Below, piece after piece: positions 48,876 to 60,679 of a stretch of DNA of 64,000 nt. A program made the translations under genes and the position numbers. This DNA is from Haliotis rubra. Its lineage: Eukaryota. Below the pieces are notes generated by a model. That model was not told the DNA's origin. It did not search any database and saw only the letters and a program-made list of their open reading frames with translations. The stretch's first letter is position 1. Each line of letters opens with the position of its first letter. The DNA lies in the NCBI RefSeq assembly GCF_003918875.1, contig NW_025767401.1:1240001-1304000 (forward strand). The letters run 5' to 3'.

Positions 48876-49861
48876 GTTGGTTTTTCACTCATTTCTTTGT
48901 TTGGTCAAGACTAACTATTTTCAGGTGGCCCACATATAGGGGGGAGCATTGATGAGTGTCTTAAACTATAAACCTTCACGTGAGTTAGGTTAGACTTTTA
49001 CAAGCGGAGGAGTTGATTGACATAGAAAAGCCAGAGGGAAACAGTGACAGTCTGAAGACACGCGGGTGTGATATATCTGACCTGGAAATACTTCAGTTTG
49101 AGGTCCGACGGTCAGAGAGTTTGACTACTGGATCAGGAGGTTGTGGTTCCATTCCGATCTATTGGTATTCAATTCTTGTCTCCTATTTTAGAACATGGGG
49201 CATTTGAATCCACACTTCATCTGCTAATCAAGCCAACAGGTGTCAGTAAAACTAATACCCTCGATCAGGTCTTACTACAAAGATCGATCAGGTCTTACTA
49301 CTAAAGATATATAGAGCCTCCTTAGAGGTTATCATAAAGAAGTGACGTCAAAATAGAGGTCACTATCCGTGAAAGGGTTTTATTCTTAGATATGTGTCAA
49401 CACACTGCATCATTTGGAGGCCTTTGTTCCGAATTAGACACATCAGCCTGACAGGCAATGAAAAATACTGTCCTGACCTGCATTTGACACTAAGACAATC
49501 TCTTAGTCAACATCCAATTGGTCATGCTTTGGAGGCAGGCTATGTTCTATTGGCCGTCTGGCAGGTTTATGGTGCAATAAAACCAGTTGAATGTCCAGTC
49601 AAACTGTTTGAACAGGCTGTTTTCTTTCTTTTGCTCGTGTAATTAACCTACAAGTTTGAAAGTTACCAAATATACACCCAAATGCCAGAATATCCGCGTG
49701 ACACGTGGCATAAGCAGGTCATGCTAGTCGCAGCCTTCAGGTCCGTTGAAGGTCAACGTTGTAGTGTTATATATGGTGATAACTCGTGGCTTCCTATGGT
49801 TCGCAGTAAAATGTGTTCAAAAAGACAAACTGTTTTCGTTTCGACGGAACAACACAATGCG

Positions 49862-49867
49862 TTTATT
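49862..49867 (-). terminator. Likely polyadenylation signal of copy C
   Basis: AATAAA about 47 nt after the stop, homologous to that of copy B. Confidence 0.6.
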
Positions 49868-49913
49868 CATAATATACGTTTTCAATTACAACATACAAAA
49901 ATAGCGTTACGAC

Positions 49914-50066
49914 TTAAGGCAGCGGTGCGAACTTTATAAGGAGGTTGTCGAAGTCTGCCAGTCCCCAAGTGTCTGTACCTAGGGCGACGAACCCACTGGT
50001 TGCTAGAGACGGTGCAAGTGTCTCCATCACCATCTCCTCGTTCACAAAACCGACCATTACCTTACC
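49914..50066 (-). CDS. GALC: GALC copy C exon 17 (last)
   Basis: GKVMVGFVNEE...GLADFDNLLIKFAPLP-TAA, 153 nt. Confidence 0.93.
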   Translation of the reverse strand, partial: GKVMVGFVNEEMVMETLAPSLATSGFVALGTDTWGLADFDNLLIKFAPLP

Positions 50067-50346
50067 CTGAAAAACAATAAATGGTACAACGTGCTTTAGT
50101 ACACAGCATTTAGTGGAAGGAAGACTGATGTTTAAAGGAACTTCCAGCCCCACAACACCATCAATGGTGTCTCAATGCAGCGGCTCTTGGTGAAGCCTGG
50201 ATATCATAGTGGATTGTCTAGTCCAGCCTTGATTGATTACAGACCGCCATAACTGTGATTATATATCTGATCATGGTTGTATAAATGTAAGAATCCCACC
50301 TATCTACATTGACTCAAACTACCCAACATCAGGTAATGTAACGTAC

Positions 50347-50420
50347 CGAGACTAGCAGCTCGAATGTGTTCCAGCCAGCGTGAGATTTAATTGGCCCTGT
50401 TGACACGACCTGGGTCCTCA
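50347..50420 (-). CDS. GALC: GALC copy C exon 16
   Basis: RTQVVSTGPIKSHAGWNTFELLVS, 74 nt. Confidence 0.9.
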
Positions 50421-50448
50421 CTGAAACATAGGGAAAGCGAATTCAAAC

Positions 50449-53105
50449 ATGATATCCAATCGTCAAGACTTGAGCGACTTAATAACTCCCTGAACAGCCC
50501 GAAACTATTTTGGAAAAATATACGTTCTCTACAAAGTCGCTTTCCCCCCCATAAGAAATATATCGCAAACAGAATGGTAATGTCATTTCAAGAATCTCTT
50601 TTCCAAGGAGGATATTGCTTACGATCTTGACAATTGGCCATTAGATTGTGACAATGATGTGCTCAGTGAAGAGTTTAATGATGTTGATAGGCTTCTGCTG
50701 GAATCACCTATTACGGAATGTGATATATTGGGTGCTGTGTCGCGTCATAAAGTTGGTAAATCTGCTGGAGCTAATGGTGTTATTTCAAAAATGCTGAAAT
50801 GCTCATTACCTGACATCATGCCCTTCCTGGTTAAAATGTTCAATCGAGTATTTATACAGGTCGTTTTCCTTCCGTATGGGCGCAATCTATTATTATCCCG
50901 TTATATAAAAACGGAAAAGCACAAAATCTTGACAATTATAGGGTTATTTCGTTGACTGACTAGTACTCTTGGTAAAACTTTTACATCTATTATCAACAGT
51001 GGGTTAACACAATGGTCGAATATAAGAGATTTAATACCGGAATCTCAAGCAGGATTTAGAAAGGACTACTCAACATGTGATCATATATTTACCTTGTATT
51101 CTATAATTGAGAGATATTTATCCTTTAGCAAGCGAAAGTTGTATGTAGCTTTTGTAGATTTCAAAAAGGCGTTTGATTGTGTAGATAGAGGTAGAATATG
51201 GAAATGTTTAAGAAATAGGGGTTTGAGGGGTAAAATGTATGGTTTCATAAGATCGATGTATTCCAATGTAAAATCAAGTGTCTGCTGTGGCAGTGGTGTT
51301 TGTGATTGCCTTGTTGGTCTACGTCAAGGATGTGTTTTTTTGTCCTCTATTTTACTCCTTTTTCTATTAACGAATTATCTTTAGATACCATGAAAACATG
51401 GCATCCAACTTTCTCCCGATCTAATCGAACTTTTCATGTAATTATTTGCTGGTGATGTGATTCTTATGTCCAGTTCTGTAACTGGTCTTCAAAATCAACT
51501 AGATGTACTTTCAGCGTATACAGATAAATGGCAGTTCAGTGTGAATCTAGATAAAACAAACATTGTTATATTCCGTAGAGGTGGCCCTTTGTCGGCTAGA
51601 GAGAAATGTGGGTTTTTTTAAAAGATAAACGTATGAATGCTGTGATGATTATAAATACCTTGTCATATTGTTTACCCATACTGAATCCGAATAAGTCTGT
51701 ACTTAACCTAGTGGTGGTCCGATTAATTGAAATAATCGAAGATTGGTCGCAATGACTAAACGACCAAGCAATCGATCACGTTTTCTCATAATCGAACACA
51801 AACAATTTTGGAACACTTGTTTGCATTAGGACTATTTTTCACAAGGTTGGTTTTGTCTGTTACATTTCATAAGCACTACTAGCTCGTTCCAAGTCATGAT
51901 TGAAATTATCTTAAAGAGTCCAGGTAGTTTATGTTCCTAAGGTATCAGTCATCCTGTAAAGATGTGAAATTTGCAAATGCATTTTGTGCAATTTGCCAAA
52001 AACAAACTGAAAGAACTACATGTTTTTTCTTTATGTTTTGTGCATTAAGAAACATAACCAGGAAAATTTGATAAATGCCGCTAACCAATTATTTTCGATG
52101 ATTGATCGGTTGTAATCATCAATTTTGAGATTTTATCCAATTCCCAACACTAACTTAGCCTGGCGAGGAGAGCAAAGAAAGCTCTTTTACAACTTCACTC
52201 TGTTGTTCCTATGCTCGGTGTTATTCCACCGACTATTTACTTCAAATTATTTGATTCTCAAATACAACCGATTTTACTGTATGTATTTGAAATATGGGAT
52301 TTTGATACCAGTATTATACCATAGAAAACATTTATTTGCATGCCTGTGAAAAGTTTCTAAATGTTGGTTTGTCAACACCAAACGCTATGGTTTATGGTGA
52401 ATGTGGGAGGTTTCAATTGTACATATCATCTTATTGTCGTTGTTTAAAATATTGGTGTAAAATAATTAATATGCTTGAACATCGTTTACCTAAAAAAGCC
52501 TTCAATATGCTTTTACATCTTGATTATCTTGGAAAGAATAATTGGACATCTCATATTCGCACCTTACTATTTAGATATGGTTTTGGTTGTATTTGGTTAC
52601 TAGTATCACAGACAGTTGGCAATGTAAATATGGTTATCAGACAGTTCCGTATGCGGGCTATTGACATATTTAAGCAGGAATGGCATTCAACTGTTAATGA
52701 AAGTTCTAGATATGATTCATATTGTCAATTTAAGTCGTTGTTTGAGCCAGAGTCTTATCTTGCTCACCTTCGCGATGCTTTTCTACGCTTTAGATGAGGC
52801 CTTAATGATTTATTAATTAACCGTGGTTAAGATATTTTTCCATTGAAAAAACCCAAAGATTATGTCCATTCTCTTACATTATTGAAGATGAATTCCATTT
52901 TATGTTTATTTGTCTTGTATATGAAAATCTAAGAAATAAGTATCTACCGCAATTGGCTTCCTTACTTTCTTGCAAAACACAAAGTAGCCCTATTTATTTA
53001 CAATGCATTTTGTTAAGAAAAGAATTGATTAGTTAGAAAGTTGATTATTTATGCCATTGTTAAGATGAATCTCTTTTGTATAAGGGCCTATGGCCTTTCA
53101 TTTTT
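50449..53105 (+). mobile_element. Decayed non-LTR retrotransposon (same general clade) in copy C intron 15, interrupted by a hAT MITE
   Basis: FVDFKKAFDCVDR, GLRQGC, YGECGR, EDEFHF remnants; absent from the homologous site in copy B. Confidence 0.87.
51709..52152. mobile_element. hAT-type non-autonomous element nested in a LINE
   Basis: Termini TAGTG(G/T)TGG...CCAACACTA; 8-bp TSD ACTTA(A/G)CC. Confidence 0.8.
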
Positions 53106-53394
53106 CACAATAGTCAGAATTATTTAGAACAATATCCTCCATCAATCATATACAGAATTGAACTGTCGCTTGATGTAATTGAAAATCTCATATGAACTGC
53201 AGTGCTCTGGCGACAGAGTTATTAACTGGCTGGCGAGAGTGAAACTTTTGGCAACTTTTAGAAGTAATCGATCCATTGCCTTGTATATGAAAATCTGAAA
53301 TAAGTATCTGCGCAATTGGCTGATCCTTGATTAACCATTGTGTTGAGATCTGAGAGAGCCTGTAAGATATCCAAGATCAATTAATGGCCTAAGA

Positions 53395-54199
53395 CATTAT
53401 GTAGCTTAAAGTACCCTTTACTGATTTCGTGTGACATCATGTAGCTTAAAGCACCCTTTACTGATTTCGTGTGAGATCATGTAGCTTAAAGTACCCTTTA
53501 CCGATTTCGTGTGACATCATGTAGCTTAAAGTCAGTTTACTGATTTCGTGTGAAATGTAGCCACCCTTTACTGATTTCGTGTGAGATCATGTAGCTTAAA
53601 GTACCCTTTACTGATTTCGTGCAACATCATGTAGCTTAAAGTACATTTTACTGATTTCGTGTGAGATCATGTAGCTTAAAGCACCCTTTACTGATTTCGT
53701 GTGAGATCATGTAGCTTAAAGTACAGTTTACTGATTTCGTGTGAGATCATGTAGCTTAAAGAACCCTTTACTGATTTCGTGTGAGATCATGTAGCTTAAA
53801 GTACAGTTTACTGATTTCGTGTGAGATCATGTAGCTTAAAGTACCCTTTACCGATTTCGTGTGACATCATGTAGCTTAAAGTACAGTTTACTGATTTCGT
53901 GTGACATCATGTAGCTTAAAGTACAGTTTACCGATTTCGTGTGAGATCATGTAGCTTAAAGTACCCTTTACTGATTTCGTGTGAGATCATGTAGCTTAAA
54001 GTACCCTTTACTGATTTCGTGTGAGATCATGTAGCTTAAAGTACCCTTTACTGATTTCGTGTGAGATCATGTAGCTTAAAGTACAGTTTACTGATTTCGT
54101 GTGAGATCATGTAGCTTAAAGTACCCTTTACTGATTTCGTGTGAGATCATGTAGCTTGAAGTACAGTTTACTGATTTCGTGTGAGATCATGTAGCTTGA
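53395..54199. repeat. Minisatellite, 40-bp unit, ~20 copies, copy C intron 15
   Basis: Unit GTAGCTTAAAGTACCCTTTACTGATTTCGTGTGAGATCAT. Confidence 0.95.
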
Positions 54200-54211
54200 T
54201 GTAAGACTTAC

Positions 54212-54381
54212 ATATGTCCTGTGAGAGGATGTAGAACTTGTCATCGGGGAAGATGTAGAAGAAGATGCCGGTAGTGTCATATGAATCGCAGCCTCCCTGG
54301 TTCACCCGTGCTCCCAGAAACACGCCCTTGGTGCCGTTAACTGGACTGAGGCGGACGCTGGCCTTGACGGATACATTCGTC
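54212..54381 (-). CDS. GALC: GALC copy C exon 15
   Basis: TNVSVKASVRLSPVNGTKGVFLGARVNQGGC...SQDI, 170 nt. Confidence 0.93.
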
Positions 54382-54494
54382 CTGAAACGTCCAGTTCACT
54401 TTTATTAAATCAGTTACAACATTAACATCCACACTAACATCACAGACATGTAGGGGCAACAAGCAGCCATTGAAACAGTCTGACAAAGCAAAGA

Positions 54495-54766
54495 CAAGTG
54501 TCATCGTATGCTATCTAGGTGCTCCCATCATCGTATGCTGTCTTGGTGCTATTCATCGCCATAGGTGCTCCCATCATCAGTCTGACAAAATGCTGTCTTG
54601 GTGCTCTCATAGACAAGGTGTCATCATCGTATGTCTATCTAGGTGTTGCTATCATCGTATGATGTCTGAGTGCTCCCATCATCGTATGATGTCTGCTGCC
54701 ATCACCGTATGCCGTCCAGGTGCTGCCATCATCGTATGTTGCCTAGGTGCTGCCATCATCGTATAC
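54495..54766. repeat. Degenerate 27-bp repeat, copy C intron 14 (continues at 55590-55670 after the Tc1 insertion)
   Basis: CATCATCGTATGCTGTC units homologous to 16600-17600. Confidence 0.75.
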
Positions 54767-54768
54767 TA

Positions 54769-55587
54769 TACTGACCCGCAATGAAAACGCATAACTGATT
54801 TTGATGTGGAATAAAGTGACAAAAAACAAAGGTTTAGATGAAAAATCATGGGTAATAAGCAATGATTATGGTTTTGAAAAAGTTGGATATCAGCAAATGC
54901 GAGTGGTACAGATAAGGCCAAACAAGGTCACCCCTATAAACACTGTCAGTATCTTGTGTGTCCTCCATTCGCCCTGACGCAGGCATTGAGACGATGGGGC
55001 AATGAGTTACAGAGGCGAGCAATGAAGGCCATGGGAATGTTCCTCTACTCTTGCTGCAAGTCCAGTGTGAGATCTGCGACGTTGGCTGGCCGTAGCTGAC
55101 GTCGATAAACACGTCTCCCCAGTTCATTCCCAAAATGCTCAATAGGGTTGAGATCTGGTGAATACGCAGGCCAGTCCATCACATTATTTCCAGCTTGCTC
55201 AATGAATGCTTGTGTCACCCTGGCGGCATGAGGACGGGCGTTGTCATGTTGGAATGTTAGTGGACGTCGAGGGCGTTGGTGACGGCGCAGCAAAGGCACC
55301 ACTACAGGCCTCAGGACTTCATCCACAAACGCTGTGCAGTCAGATTACCACACACCACAACCATTACACTGGCTATTGACCAAATCGATTTCACTGTCTG
55401 ACACATGGGCCTGCATAACTGCTAAAAATGCGTTTTTCACGACTGTTTCCGTCATGGATTGATTTGAACTCGAACAACTGTTCCCAATCAAGTCATTCAT
55501 TTCAAATATAGTTAGTGCATCATTAGTACTTCTCACTTATGTTTCAAAAAATGATTAACCGTTATGCGTTTTCATTGCGGGTCAGTA
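54769..55587 (-). mobile_element. Internally deleted Tc1 (DD34E) DNA transposon
   Basis: Perfect 27-bp TIR TACTGACCCGCAATGAAAACGCATAAC, TA TSDs; transposase fragment FQHDNARPH...WPAYSPDLNPIEH with 34 residues between D and E. Confidence 0.93.
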
Positions 55588-55727
55588 TATTAAGGTGCTG
55601 CCATCATTCTATACTGTCTCGGTGCTCTCGTTATCGGATATTGTCTTAGTGCTTCCGCCACAGTATGTCTGAGAGACCATGTTTATTGCACGCCAGGGAT
55701 CTACAATTACTGTGTTCAGTCCCTTAC

Positions 55728-55908
55728 CAACTATAATCACCAATAACAGCGAAACTCCTGTTCAGCATCTTGTCAGCAAGGTTGTGGCACCAAATCAAGG
55801 GCTGCTGTAGAACCATCTGACGGACGAACTTGTTGTTGTCCTCCGCCATGATCTCAAAGGAGCCGGTTTGCTGGGCGAGATTAAAAGGCTCCGTGGAAAC
55901 TTCGTATC
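55728..55908 (-). CDS. GALC: GALC copy C exon 14
   Basis: GYEVSTEPFNLAQQTGSFEIM...QQPLIWC...VIGDYSW, 181 nt. Confidence 0.92.
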
Positions 55909-56309
55909 CTTTTACAACAAAAGTATGTAACAGGCAGGAATAATTTAATGTAAAAAATGAGCAAATGGACTTTCGTATCAAACAAGAGTATTTCTTTGTT
56001 GTATGCCACATATATTCCATTCTAGTTGTACTAGAAGCAGAGGTAGTGATCATGGTTTTATGTAGTTTGTGATAATCACTACAGTACATTTTAAACTTGA
56101 TCTCCAAGGTCTAATCGCAACTCTATATAAGACAACACGGGTCTCATCGCTACGCTAGATCAAATGACTAGGATGCATGATTAGCCCTTTAAATCCCGGG
56201 TCTAATAATTGAGGTACATCATGCTTCTAAATAACCCGGAGCTAATCACTAGTCTACATCATCGCCCCAGACAAGGTACTATGGTTGCCCTGTGTCATCC
56301 GTGACGCAC

Positions 56310-56451
56310 CATCGAACTCATCCAGATACGGGAGAGGGAACCCCTTGGACTGTGGTGGAGGAGGGTAGCTGCCCTTGTTTCCAGTCGTCACGGTCGTCAA
56401 CGTCCAAACTTCATCCACACCGACAGAAAATGTCACTTTACCATTGGTCAC
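56310..56451 (-). CDS. GALC: GALC copy C exon 13
   Basis: VTNGKVTFSVGVDEVWTLTTVTTGNKGSYPPPPQSKGFPLPYLDEFD, 142 nt. Confidence 0.93.
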
Positions 56452-56856
56452 CTGTGATAAATACTCAGTGTCACGACTCTGTCTATATCCTGAAAATGTG
56501 TTCATGAAACACTCAAACAGTGAAGGTTTCTATTGGAGAAAATGTGTTCAGGTATCAAACGAATGCTGGACCAGTGTAGATCCGAATAGAATTGTGTTCT
56601 ACGGAGCAATGGTTTCCCGTGTGGGGGGGAGAGAGAGACCAGAAACGGGTTTCACTCTTTGTCTTTGTACCCATTTAGGGAAACGAACCCAGGTCTTGAC
56701 GCACAAATGCTTTAACCCCTTAATCCCACCGTCCCACAGCGTATAAGTAGTGGTACTATTATACTAGAAATCGTCGTAGAAGGAGACTGTTGCAGGAAAC
56801 TATGTTGGAGGATAGAAACATAAATTTAGAAGCAAACGGTATCGGCAATAAAGCAC

Positions 56857-56949
56857 CTTCAGGGGTTGACGTTTCTGGAAGATGACATCATCGACTCCGG
56901 GTTTAAACCCAAGCTTGGAGTACCACACCTGCAACTCTGTAATGCTCGC
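56857..56949 (-). CDS. GALC: GALC copy C exon 12
   Basis: ASITELQVWYSKLGFKPGVDDVIFQKRQPLK, 93 nt. Confidence 0.93.
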
Positions 56950-57166
56950 CTGGAAAGAGAGAAATGAGAATCTTCTTCATCAATATTTAGTGACTTGATC
57001 AAGTTCCTATTTTATCATATGCTCACCAACCAATGGAAATTTTAACTTTATCAAGTCACTCAATGAGATAAACAACACAATATGTAACTACGTGTATGTT
57101 GGAGGACGTCTCACAGCCATCTAAACTGCGTGAGAACGGAGCTCCTATATTTATCGTCATACTTAC

Positions 57167-57256
57167 GAAGCTTCCTTCAAGTTTGAGGGTGATTTCAGAT
57201 GGAGTTACGTTGTATGGTTTCAGTGGAGGCCGAACACATACAGAGTGATCGTGACT
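57167..57256 (-). CDS. GALC: GALC copy C exon 11
   Basis: SHDHSVCVRPPLKPYNVTPSEITLKLEGSF, 90 nt. Confidence 0.93.
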
Positions 57257-57854
57257 CTAGAAGTGAAATTACAACATAATCAAAGTATGAAATTCATCTA
57301 AGAACAGAGAATGATATCACAACAGCTCTCTGTTCCATTCTTAAATGTGTGAAACTGCATCTGTATGAATATGATAGGAACGTTGATTTTTGTTATGTAA
57401 GCTCTTTCTTCATCCAATAAAACAACAAAGACGCCGACCAAATCTGAAACAGACACTTTAGCAATAATGAGGTTCATTCAAAATATGTTTGTCATCATTG
57501 CATGTAATTCATGGTCAACAAAAATGGTCACGCTAAACTTCCTGTAGTATCTATTTCCGACATTTGATTTCCGCTGTCAGATATACAATGTGTATTGCGA
57601 CTGTTTGTAGTAACTGGCGGTATCATGGTAATGACAGGACAATCTGAACTTGTCCACACGGTCCAAGTTATTCATTAATTACGACTAGAAGCTGGATACC
57701 CATTCAGTACCCAAATGGGTACTCGCAGTACTCACGGAAATAGAAATATAATGTTCTTTTGGCGTTTATTTCTATATTACTTCATTATCATGGTTAACAA
57801 ATCACGGCTAAAATTCCTGTAATATCTATTTCCGACATTTCATTATTTATTTAC

Positions 57855-57994
57855 CATAGTCTCAATGACGATAGTGTGGTGCTTCTTGTCCAGACTGATG
57901 AAACCGACGTAGCTTCCGCCAGATTGCAAACGGCCGACACCGTGGTCATGGCTAAGGTAGTACCAGCCTATCTCCGTGAACTGTGTGGTGTGAG
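57855..57994 (-). CDS. GALC: GALC copy C exon 10
   Basis: [47 protein letters not shown], 140 nt. Confidence 0.93.
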
Positions 57995-58618
57995 CTGAAG
58001 TCGATAGAGATAGGGAAGGGGCGGTTACAGCTTTTTTGAGAAAATGGGTGGGTGGGGTGGGGTGGTTTTGCACAGTTCATTTTCATCCGTTTTTACGAGA
58101 GTTTCAATGGTCATTTAATAAACTTTCAGGACAAAGGGGGGTGGGGGTACACACCCCTCCACTGAATTCTCCTATGGAGAGGAAGAAGAGACTATATACA
58201 GCTATATCATGCAACGACACACGTGCGCAGAAGAATTATATTTAACGACCATCAGTCTTCTTTGTATTTTTATTAACAATCAACATAAGCACACAATTGC
58301 AATAATCACGTAATACTTCATATTTCATAATAAAAAATCAACTCAAAGTTGACTTTAAAATAGGGTCATAACTGACTTTGGAGATGCCACGAGCGTTATA
58401 CCATGCTCCCATACTAACTAGCACCCAAGGGAGTTAACTCATTGGTACGTCCGTAACTGTTTATAAAATTATGTCTTCCAAATCCAAATCCCAGATGCCA
58501 GCACGGTTATATTACAATGACAATCTCCTTCAGCTCCATTTGTGAGTTTCATGCCAATGTCAATAAATGTCGGGCATTAAGCATGTTAGATCTACAGTAC
58601 TCTACAGAAGCCAGTTAC

Positions 58619-58743
58619 CAGTTATCCAGATTGGGCTCTCCACGACGTAGTTGCCGCTCCATGGCTCCGTTGCAGTCATCAGCCCAGCACGGTACCACGG
58701 CAAGCCTTCGTAGTAGCTGGCGATCAGGTTCCAGGAGATTGTG
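58619..58743 (-). CDS. GALC: GALC copy C exon 9
   Basis: [41 protein letters not shown], 125 nt. Confidence 0.93.
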
Positions 58744-59082
58744 CTTGAAATATCAAGTGAAATTTGATCTAATCTTCCCAGAAAGACAGGTCCCAGCATG
58801 TCTTCGAGGTTTAATAAAATCAGTTATGTCAGATACTTGTAATGAAGTATGAATTCATGAAGGATGTGGGACAAAGTATGGTAATCCGCAGTTCCAGACT
58901 GTCATGCAGTATACGGCTACAGGAATCTAGGGATAGTGTAAGCTTGTTGTTATTGGAACTACAATAGAGAGTACCAAGCATACGTTTTACTTACACGCCA
59001 TGACCCTCAGTTTATTATCACAATTTGCTCTCAACAGCCACTACTTGTCATTACCACTATATAATGGGACCTAATGTCTTAC

Positions 59083-59120
59083 CTAGTCATCAACCCATTG
59101 ACGTAGTTCTGGTTGAGAAT
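59083..59120 (-). CDS. GALC: GALC copy C exon 8
   Basis: ILNQNYVNGLMTS, 38 nt. Confidence 0.9.
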
Positions 59121-59841
59121 CTGAAACAATGAATACAGTTACACAAGCTTCTCACATCATCTTTATTTCGACTGTTCGAAACTTACGCTTAACCACTGAA
59201 CCAATTGCTCTTGTTCTCGCGATCTCAAATTACCCGCGCTTGATTTCCATTAGCCAGTTTGATTTGCTACGCTATACTGTCTGATTTACCAATCAGAATG
59301 TCAGTCACAAACCAGCCTCAAGGCGACAACAACAACATGGCGGTCAGACACTTTGGTTGACGCGCAAATGAATGCCCTCCTGATTCATCCCCAAGGATAG
59401 GATATTTCGTTTTTCGTTATGTCAAAGTTTCATTGGTTGGTAATGCCATGAATATTAAGGGCGGATAAATACAGATCCCGAGAAACACGAGAATGCATAT
59501 ACGGGTTAGTCGGGATTTACCAAATGCGAGCCGTGGAGATATAGATCATAAGTTCGCATGAGACAAATTCCTGGATGGGTCTGCGCTAGTTTTTATAACA
59601 CCCTTTGCAAAGCAGCCCTGCTCACGGTGAAGAGATCTTCTTCCGATAGGGCCATGTTCCGAACTTACTGAATATTATAGAACCAATGCAGTTCCGTAGC
59701 AAAGTATCCTACGATCAATCGTGGTTTATAAAATTCAGTAGTTCTCAAACCTATCAAGTTGACAAGACTGTCTTCACATTTGTTTGCTGTCGAGCAGTTT
59801 CACCACCTCATCTCATTCTACTGTTATAACCTTAAACGTAC

Positions 59842-59959
59842 CCTGGCCCAGCAGCCGGCGCCTGTGTCGTTGTTGAAGGTGCTGTAGTCTTCAGATGACC
59901 ACAACTGTTTGTTGGTCCTAAGAGCATCCAATGTAGACAAAGTACCCGGGTAGTGAGTC
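59842..59959 (-). CDS. GALC: GALC copy C exon 7
   Basis: [39 protein letters not shown], 118 nt. Confidence 0.93.
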
Positions 59960-60252
59960 CTGACAAAACAAAAGTCAAAGTTTACAGCAAATACTTCTTC
60001 GCATAGTCCAATGTGTAGTAGTACAGACAAACCTTGAAACATCATCATACACGGATACAGATCTTATTCTTTCTCTAATATCCACTATTCAACCTGATGA
60101 TCTTGGATTTAAATCTAATATTCACCCTGATGATCTTGGGTATAAATCCATCTTCAACCTGATTATAATCATTATTTTGACACGACTACAACCGGGCTTC
60201 GGGGAAGGAAAATAGTTTGATACAGACAATAGATGCAAAAGGACAAACCAAC

Positions 60253-60389
60253 CCTACGTAATCTATCGAATCAGCCAGATCCTGGTCCTTTAAGATGTCC
60301 TCGGCGATGGCCCAACCGTTTGCGTCGTCGTCGGCTGCTACTATCCTGACGTTGTTCAGGTTGTTGCTGTCCAATGTCTTCCTCAGCGT
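60253..60389 (-). CDS. GALC: GALC copy C exon 6
   Basis: TLRKTLDSNNLNNVRIVAADDDANGWAIAEDILKDQDLADSIDYVG, 137 nt. Confidence 0.92.
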
Positions 60390-60679
60390 CTTCAAGACAG
60401 GACACATACTTACAAGAGAGAGGGACCAACATATGGGAATACAGTAGGTTCCCTGTTTCCTTAAGAATGGGCATACATAACAGTAATATTTATAATTAAC
60501 AGTATCACTCATTTGTATTTTACGATGTAAGTCATTATGAAACTCGCACATAGAATAATAACTCTTAAAAACAACAAGCAAGATTTAGTTTGGCATAAAA
60601 AGACGAAAAAAATAAATTGTAGCTGATTCGGTTTTAAATGAAATTCCTAAAAACAAAGTAATTTATGTTCATGCTTTGC

